Part shown: positions 9,684-19,450 of the stretch, piece by piece | Position numbering within the stretch: position 1 is the stretch's first letter | Layout of the letters: each line of letters begins with the position of its first letter | Source: a virus | Taxonomy: Duplodnaviria; Caudoviricetes | Virus record (IMG/VR): IMGVR_UViG_3300028840_001835 | DNA length: 64,000 nucleotides | Strand: one strand, 5' to 3' | Translations under genes and position numbers: made by a program | The notes under the pieces: generated by a model | Told to the model about the DNA's origin: nothing | Databases searched by the model: none | Seen by the model: only the letters and a program-made list of their open reading frames with translations

Positions 9684-10531
9684 CGGAGACAATCAAGACC
9701 GCCGATAAGCCCAACTTTATTAAGGACGACGGTTACTCCGAAAATCTTTTCACCCCACAAATGAAAGACGATGGTACCTATGAGGCCATCATACGTTTCC
9801 TGCCCCGCAGGGAAGACGATGGTGATGGTGTTCCGTTTGTCAAATTATATAACCATGGGTTTCAGACCCTCGGTGGTCAGTGGTTCATTGAGAACTGTCC
9901 AACCACAATCGGTGGTCAGTGTCCTGTGTGTAAGGCGAATAGTATCGCCTGGAAAGCGGGAGATGAGGATCTTGCAAAATCCAGAGCAAGGCGCCAGAGT
10001 TTTTTCGCAAACATTTTGATAGTCAAAGATCCGCAGAAACCCGAGAACGAAGGTAAGGTTTTTATCTTCCGTTACGGTAAGAAGATACATGAAAAGATCA
10101 TGGAGAAGATGTCTCCGTCTGGTGAGCTGGATGAGTCTGTACCTATATTCGACTATGATATCGGTATGAATTTCAAGCTCAAAATTAAGACAGGACCTGC
10201 TCCTAAGAAGTTCAAGAATTATGATTCGTCACAGTTTACTGGCGTACCCACGGCAGTTGGTGAGGAAGAATACATTGAACAGATTGAGTCCATGTTGTTT
10301 CCTCTTCAGCAGATTGTTGGAGACGACAAGTTCAAGTCCTTTGAGGATCTTGAAAATATCTTCAAGAAAAAGATCGGAGAGGTTACCGAGGTTCCGGAGA
10401 AACCTGTCGCACAAGAACCGGCAACTAGCACTTCTAAGAAAACGAATGGGGGCGAGATTGATTCTCCAAGTGAAGAGGATCTTGCTCAAGGTTCAAAATT
10501 CTTTGAAGACCTCAGAAAAGAGGATGAGTAA
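9623..10531 (+). CDS. gp32: Single-stranded DNA-binding protein (gp32)
   Basis: IRFLP, HGFQ...WFIENCPTTIGGQCPVC Zn site, GKVFIFRYGKKI, NYDSSQF, acidic tail ending FFEDL. Confidence 0.95.
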   Translation: MAKSTTKSKSKRRKFDWSAITETIKTADKPNFIKDDGYSENLFTPQMKDDGTYEAIIRFLPRREDDGDGVPFVKLYNHGFQTLGGQWFIENCPTTIGGQCPVCKANSIAWKAGDEDLAKSRARRQSFFANILIVKDPQKPENEGKVFIFRYGKKIHEKIMEKMSPSGELDESVPIFDYDIGMNFKLKIKTGPAPKKFKNYDSSQFTGVPTAVGEEEYIEQIESMLFPLQQIVGDDKFKSFEDLENIFKKKIGEVTEVPEKPVAQEPATSTSKKTNGGEIDSPSEEDLAQGSKFFEDLRKEDE

Positions 10532-10543
10532 ACACAGTCAGAC

Positions 10544-10571
10544 AAAAGGGAGGGTAATGCCCTCCCTTTTT
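10544..10571 (+). terminator. Rho-independent terminator after gp32
   Basis: AAAAGGGAGGG-taatg-CCCTCCCTTTTT. Confidence 0.85.
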
Positions 10572-10578
10572 ATTCTCT

Positions 10579-11613
10579 ATGTTTAATCGTCATGTCATAC
10601 TTGAACGATATTTGCATCTTGCTGTAGGTGGCCTCAAAAGAAAAATTATCAAGACAAACAATATAAACTTTTCTTGTAATGTATGTGGCGATGGCAAGAC
10701 GGGGAATCGTATGCGTGGTCATTTGCTGCGTTCAAAAAGTCGGAAGAGTAGCGAATACTTTTGGGCGTTCAAATGTTTCAATGAAGGATGTCCAGCATCT
10801 GGTGAGGGAAATGCCTGGTCTGCAGAGAAGTGGTTAAAGTTTACAAGCAAGGAATTATATAAGAGATATAGTAGGGAGTTATTCAAAATTCATTCAAGTG
10901 AGAAAGAGAACTCAGAGAAAGAACGGGAGGAAAGACTTCGACAAAAGAAATTAGAAGAGGAGAAACGTAAGAAACAGATCGAAAAAGAGAAGCAAGCGAT
11001 CAAACATTTCAAGACCATAAATGGTGATAGTGATTTCCTATCTCAAAAGGGAAGGGAATTTGTCGAGAAGAGGAGAATTCCCAGAGAGGTCTGGAAGAGA
11101 TGGTGGGTTGCAACTGGGGGAATGTATCGAAATCGTTTGATCATTCCATTCTTTAATAAGAGTAATACGATATATTATTATCAGGCACGAACACTTGTTG
11201 GAGACGAACCAAAATACCTAAATCGTCTTGGATCAAAGGATGATGTTATATATAACATAGATCATATTGATCCCTCCAAACCGGTTATTGTTCTTGAAGG
11301 AATAATTGACTCTTTGTTCATTGAAAATAGTATCGCTATAATTGGGGCAAGTATTTCAAACAAGGTAAAGAAAAGAATAAGTAAACTCGATGTATACTAC
11401 CTATTTGATAATGACAAAACCGGAATGGAAAAGAGTAAGAAATTACTGCTCGATGGAGAGAAAGTATTTCTTTGGAATAAGTGGCATCTATCAAGCGGAT
11501 GTAAAGATATAAATGATGTAATAGTGAAGTATGAGATCGAGAAATTTAAGTTCGGTCATCTAGAGGATTACTTCTCAAAAAACTTTTATGATAAATTATA
11601 TTTGGAGATTTAA
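10579..11613 (+). CDS. gp61: DNA primase (gp61)
   Basis: CNVCGD...CFNEGC Zn ribbon; RLIIPF, YQAR, KYLN, Toprim VLEGIIDS, FDND, KDIND. Confidence 0.93.
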   Translation: MFNRHVILERYLHLAVGGLKRKIIKTNNINFSCNVCGDGKTGNRMRGHLLRSKSRKSSEYFWAFKCFNEGCPASGEGNAWSAEKWLKFTSKELYKRYSRELFKIHSSEKENSEKEREERLRQKKLEEEKRKKQIEKEKQAIKHFKTINGDSDFLSQKGREFVEKRRIPREVWKRWWVATGGMYRNRLIIPFFNKSNTIYYYQARTLVGDEPKYLNRLGSKDDVIYNIDHIDPSKPVIVLEGIIDSLFIENSIAIIGASISNKVKKRISKLDVYYLFDNDKTGMEKSKKLLLDGEKVFLWNKWHLSSGCKDINDVIVKYEIEKFKFGHLEDYFSKNFYDKLYLEI

Positions 11614-11615
11614 AA

Positions 11616-12269
11616 ATGATCATAGCAGGAATAGACCCATCAATAAATGGAACAGGAGTGTTTAAATTTTTCCTAGATGATAAATTACAGGTTCAAAAAG
11701 TTAGTCATTTAGGTTTTACCCAGGTGAAAAAATATTCATGTGAATCAATTATTCACTATAAGAAAACAAACTTTTATAATTACATCGAACAAAACAAATT
11801 CATGTACGATCATTTATCCAGTTTTCTGGACGATGTATCGTATGTGGCAATGGAAGACTATGCTTTTGCGGCTACTGGTCGTGTGTATCATATTGGAGAA
11901 TTCGTAGGTGGGTTGAAGATTCTTTTATATGATTCTGGAAAGATGCTCAGGATGTATGAACCCACCGTTCTCAAAAAGTTTGCAACTGGAAAGGGGAACT
12001 CGGACAAGGTGTCCATGTGCGATGCTTATAATACCATAGCCGCGGCATCGTCAGGATTATTGGATCTTCCATCATTGAAAGAATATGCCTCACCAAAGAC
12101 CGATCTGGTTGACGCATACTATGCTACCAAGTTATTAAATCTGGAACTATTACTTAGATATGGGTTTGTCTCTCTTAATAATCTTTCCCAAACAGATATT
12201 TCCATATTTAATCGTTGTACAAAATCCAACCCGGTCAATATATTGGCAAGGGATTTCCTAAACAAGTAA
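11616..12269 (+). CDS. RuvC-like Holliday junction resolvase
   Basis: IAGIDPS, VAMEDY, LKKFATGKGNSDK, DLVDAY. Confidence 0.8.
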   Translation: MIIAGIDPSINGTGVFKFFLDDKLQVQKVSHLGFTQVKKYSCESIIHYKKTNFYNYIEQNKFMYDHLSSFLDDVSYVAMEDYAFAATGRVYHIGEFVGGLKILLYDSGKMLRMYEPTVLKKFATGKGNSDKVSMCDAYNTIAAASSGLLDLPSLKEYASPKTDLVDAYYATKLLNLELLLRYGFVSLNNLSQTDISIFNRCTKSNPVNILARDFLNK

Positions 12270-12278
12270 GGTAAAATT

Positions 12279-13169
12279 ATGAAAACCAAGCTAACCAAAT
12301 TTATGAAGGGCTACACCAAGAAGGAGAAGGTGCTATTTTTTGATATGCATAATCTCTTATTCAGGTCTCTGTTCGTGTCTCATGGACAGGACCCTCTTGA
12401 CAAGACCTATGGATATTTTAAATTCTTGGTGATGAATGGTATATTTAAGAATATAAAAAACTTTCAACCAACTAAAGTGATAATCGCTTCGGACTCAAGA
12501 AATTATTGGAGGCGTGATATATATCCTGGATACAAGGCATCCAGAAAAGGCATGAGAGATAAATCAGGAATAGACTTTGATCACTTCTTTGGAGTATATG
12601 ACAAATTCATGGAGGATCTTAAAGAGGCGCTTACAATGATTCATTTTCTCGCAGTTCATAGATGCGAGGCTGATGATATAATTGCCGTTCTGACAAAGGA
12701 AAGATTCCAAAAAGATGATGTGGTCAATTACTCGACCGACAAGGATATGTATCAGTTGTTTAAATATAAAAACTATACACAGTTTGATCCAATAAAGAAA
12801 AAATTCATAACACACTTGAATCCAGCCCGGGAATTGGTACTAAAAATACTGACTGGCGATAGAGGTGATGATATCCCCGGCGTCAAGAGCAAATGCGGCC
12901 CTGTTACAGCCCAGCAGATGCTTGACCTGGGGCTAACAAATAGCCTCTTAAACAAGTCGATGGAGGACAATTTCGAGAGGAATAAACAGCTCATAGATTT
13001 CGATATGATACCTTTGGAAATTGTTGAAAAAATTACCTCTGAATTCGATAACTACCATATAAATACATACAATGGTGGAAAAATATTTAACTTTCTTGTC
13101 AAGTATAAACTGAACTTTTTCATAGAGAACTTGCAGGAATTCACACCGTCATTGAAAGAGATAGGTTGA
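12279..13169 (+). CDS. rnh: RNase H / 5'-3' exonuclease (T4 Rnh-like, FEN family)
   Basis: FFDMHN, ASDS..WRRDIYPGYKASR, EADDII, STDKD, GDRGDDIPG. Confidence 0.92.
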   Translation: MKTKLTKFMKGYTKKEKVLFFDMHNLLFRSLFVSHGQDPLDKTYGYFKFLVMNGIFKNIKNFQPTKVIIASDSRNYWRRDIYPGYKASRKGMRDKSGIDFDHFFGVYDKFMEDLKEALTMIHFLAVHRCEADDIIAVLTKERFQKDDVVNYSTDKDMYQLFKYKNYTQFDPIKKKFITHLNPARELVLKILTGDRGDDIPGVKSKCGPVTAQQMLDLGLTNSLLNKSMEDNFERNKQLIDFDMIPLEIVEKITSEFDNYHINTYNGGKIFNFLVKYKLNFFIENLQEFTPSLKEIG

Positions 13170-13666
13170 TGTTAAGATGGTTCGATAGATGGTTTAAGGA
13201 AAAGGTAATGGGAAGATGGTATCAGGGTGAATTTACACCCAAAAACCCAAAGAAATGTATAAATCTTACACTTGGGGGTCAGAAGCCATTCGCCAGATCC
13301 TCTTGGGAAATGCGTTTGATGAATTGGTGCGATTCCAACAAAAATGTGATTAGTTGGGGCTCAGAGATCATCAAGGTACCATATATATTTGAAATCGATC
13401 AAAAGTTACATAACTATTATCCAGATATATGGTGTAAGATCAAAGATAAGGACGGTCTTGTACAGACCTATCTTGTTGAGGTCAAGCCAGATAAACAACA
13501 GAAAAAGCCAGTACCCCCAAGAAATAAAACCCGAAAGGCCATGATGAATTATAACCTGGCCCTCCGAGAATATGTAAAGAATCAAAATAAATGGAAATAT
13601 GCCAAACGTTTTTGTGCGGGGAAAAACTGGAAGTTTAGGATCATCACAGAGAAAATTCTATTCTAG
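13166..13666 (+). CDS. gp4: Head completion nuclease (gp4-like, TnsA N-terminal fold)
   Basis: YQGEF.PKNP.K, RSSWE, WGSE, YYPD, LVEVKP, NQNKW, FRIITEK. Confidence 0.88.
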   Translation: MMLRWFDRWFKEKVMGRWYQGEFTPKNPKKCINLTLGGQKPFARSSWEMRLMNWCDSNKNVISWGSEIIKVPYIFEIDQKLHNYYPDIWCKIKDKDGLVQTYLVEVKPDKQQKKPVPPRNKTRKAMMNYNLALREYVKNQNKWKYAKRFCAGKNWKFRIITEKILF

Positions 13667-13680
13667 GAGGGCACAGCTCG

Positions 13681-15909
13681 ATGTCAATAAAGGAGCTTCA
13701 GGAATACACACGGATTTCAAAATATGCAAGATATAACCACGAATGCGCAAGACGGGAGACCTGGGATGAACAGATAAATCGGGTCGTCAACATGCACCTC
13801 ATCAAGTATGCTAATGTAAACATAACTGATGAGTTGAAAGTCGTGGAACAGGCTATGAAGAGGAGACTCGTCCTCGGTTCTCAACGAGCCCTACAATTTG
13901 GAGGAAGGGCGATACTTGAGAAAAATGCACGGCTATATAATTGCACAGCATCATATTGTGATCGACCTCGTTTCTTTCAGGAAACGATGTGGTTACTTCT
14001 TTGTGGTTGTGGTGTAGGATTTAGTGTTCAGAAACATCACATAGCCAAACTTCCAAAGATCAAGAAACCAACCGGAAGAACATATTCCATAAAGATAGAG
14101 GATTCGATTGAGGGTTGGGCCGATGCCATTGGACAACTTCTTTCATCCTATTTTCAGAGCGATCAACCACATCCCGAGGTAAAGAATTTTACAATTGAAT
14201 TTGATTACTCCGATATAAGACCAGCAGGTTCTATAATCAAATCTAGTGGCGGGAAGGCTCCCGGGCCTGAAGGATTGAAAAACTCAATCGAAAAGATTAG
14301 ACAACTGCTTGATAAAATCTGCGATGATGGTCTTACCAGATTAAGACCTATAGACGCATATGATATAGTCATGCATATATCAGACGCGGTCTTGTCCGGT
14401 GGCGTACGGCGTTCTGCAACAATATGTTTATTCTCATTGGATGATGAGGAAATGATGAATGCCAAGATTGGCAATTGGATGAGTACGAATCCACAGAGGG
14501 CCCGAAGTAACAATTCAGTCATCCTTCTTAGAGATAAAACATACTATAAGGACTTTAAGGAGATCATTGAGAATGTAAAACAATTTGGGGAGCCTGGATT
14601 TGTATGGGCCGATGATCTTGAATTTCTAGTCAACCCATGTGTTGAGATAGGTATATATGCCTATGATAGTAAGGGAAATAGTGGATGGGGGTTTTGTAAT
14701 CTTTGCGAAATAAACATGAAGAAAGCAAAGACCCGTGAGCAGTTTCTTCAAATGTGTGAATATGCAGCGACCATGGGAACATTACAAGCTGGATATAATT
14801 CCTTCCCCTATCTTGGCAAACCTTCAGAGGAAATAGTAAAACGGGAAGCACTACTTGGCGTGTCTATGACAGGCATGATGGATAATCCAGATATAGCCTT
14901 TGATGAGGAACTTCAGCGAGAAGGTGCAAGATTAGTCAGAAAGACCAATGAGAGAATTGCAGGAAAGATTGGAATTAACATAGCTGCTCGGGCGACCTGC
15001 GTAAAACCCGCTGGTAGCACTAGCTGCATACTTGGTACGGCGTCCGGAATCCATCCACATCATTCAAAGAGATATTTTAGACGACAGCAGTCCAATAAGA
15101 TGGAAGAACCGTTACTATATTTTAAGAAGATCAACCCTCTCGCCGTCGAGGAGTCCGTATGGTCGACTAATAACACAGATGAAATGATTACTTTCGTCTG
15201 CGAAGTACCGGCCAACGCAAGAACAAAGGTGAACATAGAGGGAATCAAACTTCTTGAATATGTCAAACTGACTCAGAAGAACTGGGTACAATCTGGAAGA
15301 GATAAAAGTCGTTGCGTTAAAGAATGGTTGAGTCATAACGTTTCAAATACTATTCATGTGAAAGACGATGAATGGGATGAGGTATCCAAATACATATATC
15401 AAAATAGAAAATTCTTTGCTGGTATTTCAATTCTTCCAATCGACGGAGACAAGGACTACCCTCAAGCACCATTTACGACCGTATATACACCAGATGAGAT
15501 AGTAAAGGAATATGGAGATGGGTCATTAATGGCTTCTGGTCTTATTGTTGATGGGATGAGGGCATGGGATGATGATCTATGGGCAGCATGTGCGTGTGTA
15601 CTTGGGCATGGGGAAAACATAACCCTTCCTGACTTTAATAGTGTGAAACAACGAAATAGATGGAAGAGAGAAAATAACTATGATGAGAAGATGGAATGGT
15701 TGCGAAGGGCTAAGCAATTCTCAGATAGATACTTCAATGAAGATTTAAGAAAGATGACATACTGTCTAAAGGATGTATATAACTGGAAACTATGGTGCGA
15801 CCTCAAACGTGAATATAAACCAGTCAACTGGGAAGACTTTCACGAGGAGAGGGACAACACAAAAATAACAGATACTGTTGCATGTGCGGGAGGCAAGTGT
15901 GATCTGTAG
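13681..15909 (+). CDS. nrdJ: Class II (adenosylcobalamin-dependent) ribonucleotide reductase, monomeric RTPR type
   Basis: NCTA, GCGVGFSV, SGGVRRSA, NPCVEI, FCNLCE, TCVKPAGSTS, C-terminal CAGGKC; no intein. Confidence 0.93.
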   Translation: MSIKELQEYTRISKYARYNHECARRETWDEQINRVVNMHLIKYANVNITDELKVVEQAMKRRLVLGSQRALQFGGRAILEKNARLYNCTASYCDRPRFFQETMWLLLCGCGVGFSVQKHHIAKLPKIKKPTGRTYSIKIEDSIEGWADAIGQLLSSYFQSDQPHPEVKNFTIEFDYSDIRPAGSIIKSSGGKAPGPEGLKNSIEKIRQLLDKICDDGLTRLRPIDAYDIVMHISDAVLSGGVRRSATICLFSLDDEEMMNAKIGNWMSTNPQRARSNNSVILLRDKTYYKDFKEIIENVKQFGEPGFVWADDLEFLVNPCVEIGIYAYDSKGNSGWGFCNLCEINMKKAKTREQFLQMCEYAATMGTLQAGYNSFPYLGKPSEEIVKREALLGVSMTGMMDNPDIAFDEELQREGARLVRKTNERIAGKIGINIAARATCVKPAGSTSCILGTASGIHPHHSKRYFRRQQSNKMEEPLLYFKKINPLAVEESVWSTNNTDEMITFVCEVPANARTKVNIEGIKLLEYVKLTQKNWVQSGRDKSRCVKEWLSHNVSNTIHVKDDEWDEVSKYIYQNRKFFAGISILPIDGDKDYPQAPFTTVYTPDEIVKEYGDGSLMASGLIVDGMRAWDDDLWAACACVLGHGENITLPDFNSVKQRNRWKRENNYDEKMEWLRRAKQFSDRYFNEDLRKMTYCLKDVYNWKLWCDLKREYKPVNWEDFHEERDNTKITDTVACAGGKCDL

Positions 15910-15918
15910 GAGAGAAAA

Positions 15919-16602
15919 ATGGTAACCGATACAATATTGGCCAAGGCGTGTCTTGAGTCATATAAAGAAAAAATAATGCCAAACTTAGAAGGGTTTGAAT
16001 GCGATATAATCACAAAGGGAAACGACCGATGTCTCATATTCTATAATGAAAAGGACGTGGTGGTTGTCTTTACTGGCTCTAATGATCTTGAAGATTGGTG
16101 GACGAATGTTCAGTTTATCAAACAGGAGACTCTCTATGGAAAGATACATAATGGTTTCTGGGAGGCATGGCTTGATCTCAGGTCATTGACAAGAACAGCT
16201 CTTGAACGTGTTAATGCGAAAGATAAAAACATATATGTTACTGGACATTCACTTGGAGGGGCTCTCGCTTGTCTATTCTCTGTGGACTCATTCTATAGTG
16301 CATGGATCAAACGACTTGTTACCTTTGGACAACCCCGAGTCGGAAACTGGACATGGAAAGGAAAATTCAAGACGTTAATGGGACCACGGGAATGTGTTCG
16401 ATATATCAATAATCAGGATACGGTCACAAAGATACCATCATTCTTTTTCTTTCATGTGGGACGACCTGTTTACTTTGATAAACATGGAAGAAAGACAATC
16501 AAGAAACCATGGAGCTGGAAATTTATAATTAGAAAGATCAAAGGAATTAATGATCATTCAATGAGAACATACTTTCAGCTTTTGGACGATCATCGGCTTT
16601 AG
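15919..16602 (+). CDS. Class 3 lipase (alpha/beta hydrolase)
   Basis: VFTGS, IHNGF, nucleophile elbow VTGHSLGGALA, TFGQPRVGN, NNQDTV (Asp), DHSM (His). Confidence 0.9.
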   Translation: MVTDTILAKACLESYKEKIMPNLEGFECDIITKGNDRCLIFYNEKDVVVVFTGSNDLEDWWTNVQFIKQETLYGKIHNGFWEAWLDLRSLTRTALERVNAKDKNIYVTGHSLGGALACLFSVDSFYSAWIKRLVTFGQPRVGNWTWKGKFKTLMGPRECVRYINNQDTVTKIPSFFFFHVGRPVYFDKHGRKTIKKPWSWKFIIRKIKGINDHSMRTYFQLLDDHRL

Positions 16603-16751
16603 ATTAAATGTTTATTAGTAAACGGTCCGGACTTTCCAGGAATTATATTGCACCTTTTTGTACACCAAGTCCGGAATCCAAAAATTTAATCCAAAAATAA
16701 AAAACAATTCAATCAAGTTTTTCTATATTTGACATAAAAAAGGATATAATT

Positions 16752-16922
16752 ATGAATCAAAATAAAGAGAAATTTGAACAGGTTGAGGTTGAACTTGACG
16801 ACCAAATATTATTGGAACTGGCACTGGAAGCACATAGACGGGACATAACGTTGAACGCCTTATGTAACGATATACTTCAGAAACACATAAAGGAGAATGA
16901 AACAAAGAATGGCGTCACATAA
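16752..16922 (+). CDS. Small ribbon-helix-helix-like protein (56 aa, not in ORF track)
   Basis: Read manually: MNQNKEKFEQVEVELDDQILLELALEAHRRDITLNALCNDILQKHIKENETKNGVT; AGGA upstream. Confidence 0.6.
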   Translation: MNQNKEKFEQVEVELDDQILLELALEAHRRDITLNALCNDILQKHIKENETKNGVT

Positions 16923-17364
16923 TCCAATATTAAATGAACAGTTTATTGAATCCGTACTCAATAAAGTGATCAAGGCCAGGGTAAAATCGAAAAACAAAAA
17001 ACTCATGGTGCAAAATGTGAAATGTTGGTATGATATGATCCAGGGCGGACTGAGTGTCTCGATTGATCTTAAATATTATAGAATAAGTTATGTGATTAGT
17101 GATTATATACTTCGGGAAAATAATGTCCATGATGTGATGATCGAGGTCGTTAAGAAGTTTGAGTTTGAATTGGAGAAGATCAAAGAATTGTTTTCAAAAA
17201 TAAAGAATAGAAACGATGCGCTCCTGAATTGCAAATCTGATGATAAATTATTGAGAGATTTTTGTATTAATGTAATCAAAGGAAAGATTAAGATTGATGA
17301 CATTAAACAAATTAGAGATGTTGATCAATTTGAAGAGGCTGAATGGATTATAAACCATACTTGA
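16897..17364 (+). CDS. Hypothetical protein with the recurrent ALL..D..LR..C motif
   Basis: 155-aa ORF; KNRNDALLNCKSDDKLLRDFCINVIK. Confidence 0.6.
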   Translation: MKQRMASHNPILNEQFIESVLNKVIKARVKSKNKKLMVQNVKCWYDMIQGGLSVSIDLKYYRISYVISDYILRENNVHDVMIEVVKKFEFELEKIKELFSKIKNRNDALLNCKSDDKLLRDFCINVIKGKIKIDDIKQIRDVDQFEEAEWIINHT

Positions 17365-18665
17365 TGAAGGATGTATATGCCGCGGAGAAGAAAAACCTTT
17401 TCAAGGTCATAAGTTTGTTCGCTGGTATGGGTGGAAGTTCTACCGGTTACCGACTGGCTGGTGGTAATGTAATAGCCGCGAATGAGTTTATGGAATCGGC
17501 ACGAAAAATATACTCTAAAAATTATCCCCATACATTAGTCATACCCGAGGACATACGAAAACTAACGGGTAAAAAGATATTGAACCAAGTAGGATTGAAG
17601 AAGGGGGAGCTGGATGTGCTTGACGGTTCACCGCCATGCGCCTCCTTCTCAAATCAGGTACTAAAGACCAGAGAGAAATCATGGGGAAAGAAAAAGATAT
17701 ATTCAAAAACTGTTCAACGGGTCGATGATCTTTTTTTCGAATTCGCACGAATTTTAAATGAGATTCAACCAAAAGTGTTCATAGCTGAGAACGTCCGCGG
17801 GTTGACTATGGGGAACGCCAAAAAAATACTCGGATCAAAATCAAAGAGCCTGACAGCTTTTGGTAAATTGAAAAAGGATTTAAGTGAGACTCAGACTATA
17901 ACAGAGGCGCTCCGTTCCTGTGGATATAAGGTGTCATTCAAGTTATTAAACTCTCTGGACTTTGGTGTTCCAGAAAAACGTGTTCGACTAATTTTCATAG
18001 GGGTAAGAAATGATATAGACTTTCGGCCATCATTTCCAAAATCAATCAATACAAAACCGATACATGCTAAAGACGTAATTGGCCATCTTCTTTTCAATGG
18101 ATCACAATTCTGGATGAGACCCGATACGGTTGTCTGTAAGACAATGAAGAAATACTTTCCTGCGCTTACTGATCGTGAAGCCATAATGAAGATATCAAGG
18201 GGACAGAATATCAAGGAACTATATGAGTCCATCTATGACAGAACGAATTGGTTCAACACCCATTTCACAATATGTCAGTCCAATCGTCCAATACATGCTC
18301 TAGTCGATAGATGGGAATCAATAGAGGAAGCCAAAGCGATACAGTCATTTCCAGAGGACTTTGATCTACTTCAAGAGAATGTGGAGACAAGAATGTTATC
18401 CATCAACGAGCTGGAAGGTCTAACTGGCCTGGCTAACCATGAAGCAGGATTCAATTGTTGTGATGTGGACAAAGTTTTAAAATTGTCCAAGTTAAACGTG
18501 TCTAGGGATGATAAGTTTTTTAGATTAGATTTTAAGACTAGCAATAAACGTGCTGATGCCATAGGCCATGCTCAGAGTTGGGAGTATATAGGTCGAGCGG
18601 TCCCGCCGCTAATGATGAAGGCAATAGCAAAGCATGTATATGAAAACATATTGAAAGCGGTATGA
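17343..18665 (+). CDS. C5-cytosine DNA methyltransferase homologue 1 (candidate carboxymethyltransferase)
   Basis: Motif I SLFAGMGG, IV GSPPC, VI ENV, VIII PEKRVR, IX QSFPEDF, X variant IGRAVPP. Confidence 0.9.
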   Translation: MDYKPYLMKDVYAAEKKNLFKVISLFAGMGGSSTGYRLAGGNVIAANEFMESARKIYSKNYPHTLVIPEDIRKLTGKKILNQVGLKKGELDVLDGSPPCASFSNQVLKTREKSWGKKKIYSKTVQRVDDLFFEFARILNEIQPKVFIAENVRGLTMGNAKKILGSKSKSLTAFGKLKKDLSETQTITEALRSCGYKVSFKLLNSLDFGVPEKRVRLIFIGVRNDIDFRPSFPKSINTKPIHAKDVIGHLLFNGSQFWMRPDTVVCKTMKKYFPALTDREAIMKISRGQNIKELYESIYDRTNWFNTHFTICQSNRPIHALVDRWESIEEAKAIQSFPEDFDLLQENVETRMLSINELEGLTGLANHEAGFNCCDVDKVLKLSKLNVSRDDKFFRLDFKTSNKRADAIGHAQSWEYIGRAVPPLMMKAIAKHVYENILKAV

Positions 18666-18913
18666 AATTTAGAATTAAACAATACAAATATAATGATTGT
18701 GGGGATATTTATTTTATGTATACCCCTCAGGTTAAACTAGGAATATTAAGTAGTTGGTTAAATATTTATCCAACTCCAACAGATGGTGCCGATGCCTCAA
18801 ATAGTTGTGAATATTCTTATAAGACAAAAAAGGAAGCAGTGAATCTTATTGAAAAATATAAATTTCAAAAAAGAGAAATTAAAATAATAGTAAGTTATCA
18901 AAAGGTCCAATGA
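18662..18913 (+). CDS. Hypothetical protein
   Basis: 83-aa ORF in an AT-rich stretch, overlapping its neighbours. Confidence 0.55.
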   Translation: MKFRIKQYKYNDCGDIYFMYTPQVKLGILSSWLNIYPTPTDGADASNSCEYSYKTKKEAVNLIEKYKFQKREIKIIVSYQKVQ

Positions 18914-19140
18914 AACCAATAGAAGCCAAATATGTATGTAAGATAAAAAATAAATCAATATTTGATACAGGAATTGATATTGATGAAGGCGGGTGGAGTC
19001 TATTTGAAACATTTAAAAAATTCATAAATGAAACTATAGAAATTAATTCAATTGAATATAGATTGATTGGTGTGGATTATCAGAGATGTATAAGCTGGGG
19101 ACAAAAGAGAACCATAATGTTAATGGTGGATGAAATTTAA
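18910..19140 (+). CDS. Hypothetical protein
   Basis: 76-aa ORF, ATGA overlap. Confidence 0.55.
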   Translation: MKPIEAKYVCKIKNKSIFDTGIDIDEGGWSLFETFKKFINETIEINSIEYRLIGVDYQRCISWGQKRTIMLMVDEI

Positions 19141-19450
19141 AATGAATTTTATTACAAGTATAAGCGATGACATTGACGGATGGGTTAAATTAGAAGCAAA
19201 TCTTGATATGGTCAGACATGATTTTCTTGACAAATTAGGAAGATTGATGTTTCTTACTACAGTCAAATATAAAGCAAAGGTGGAAGTGTTTCGATTACCC
19301 GGGGGATTACATAATCTTAATCATACAAAATCAATAACTTTGGTTTTAGAGTTTGAGAGAAAAGGGATAAATAAAGTCGCAGCAATATTAAAGAGTCTAA
19401 AGTTTGACATAAGCCTATTGGAGCGGAATCGTGAATATGTATATGGATGA
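19130..19450 (+). CDS. Hypothetical protein
   Basis: 106-aa ORF in operon. Confidence 0.55.
   Translation: MKFKMNFITSISDDIDGWVKLEANLDMVRHDFLDKLGRLMFLTTVKYKAKVEVFRLPGGLHNLNHTKSITLVLEFERKGINKVAAILKSLKFDISLLERNREYVYG

Noticed and set aside
16729-16750. Sigma70 promoter TTGACA...TATAAT
   Set aside because: The spacer is only 10 nt, which is incompatible with -35/-10 geometry.
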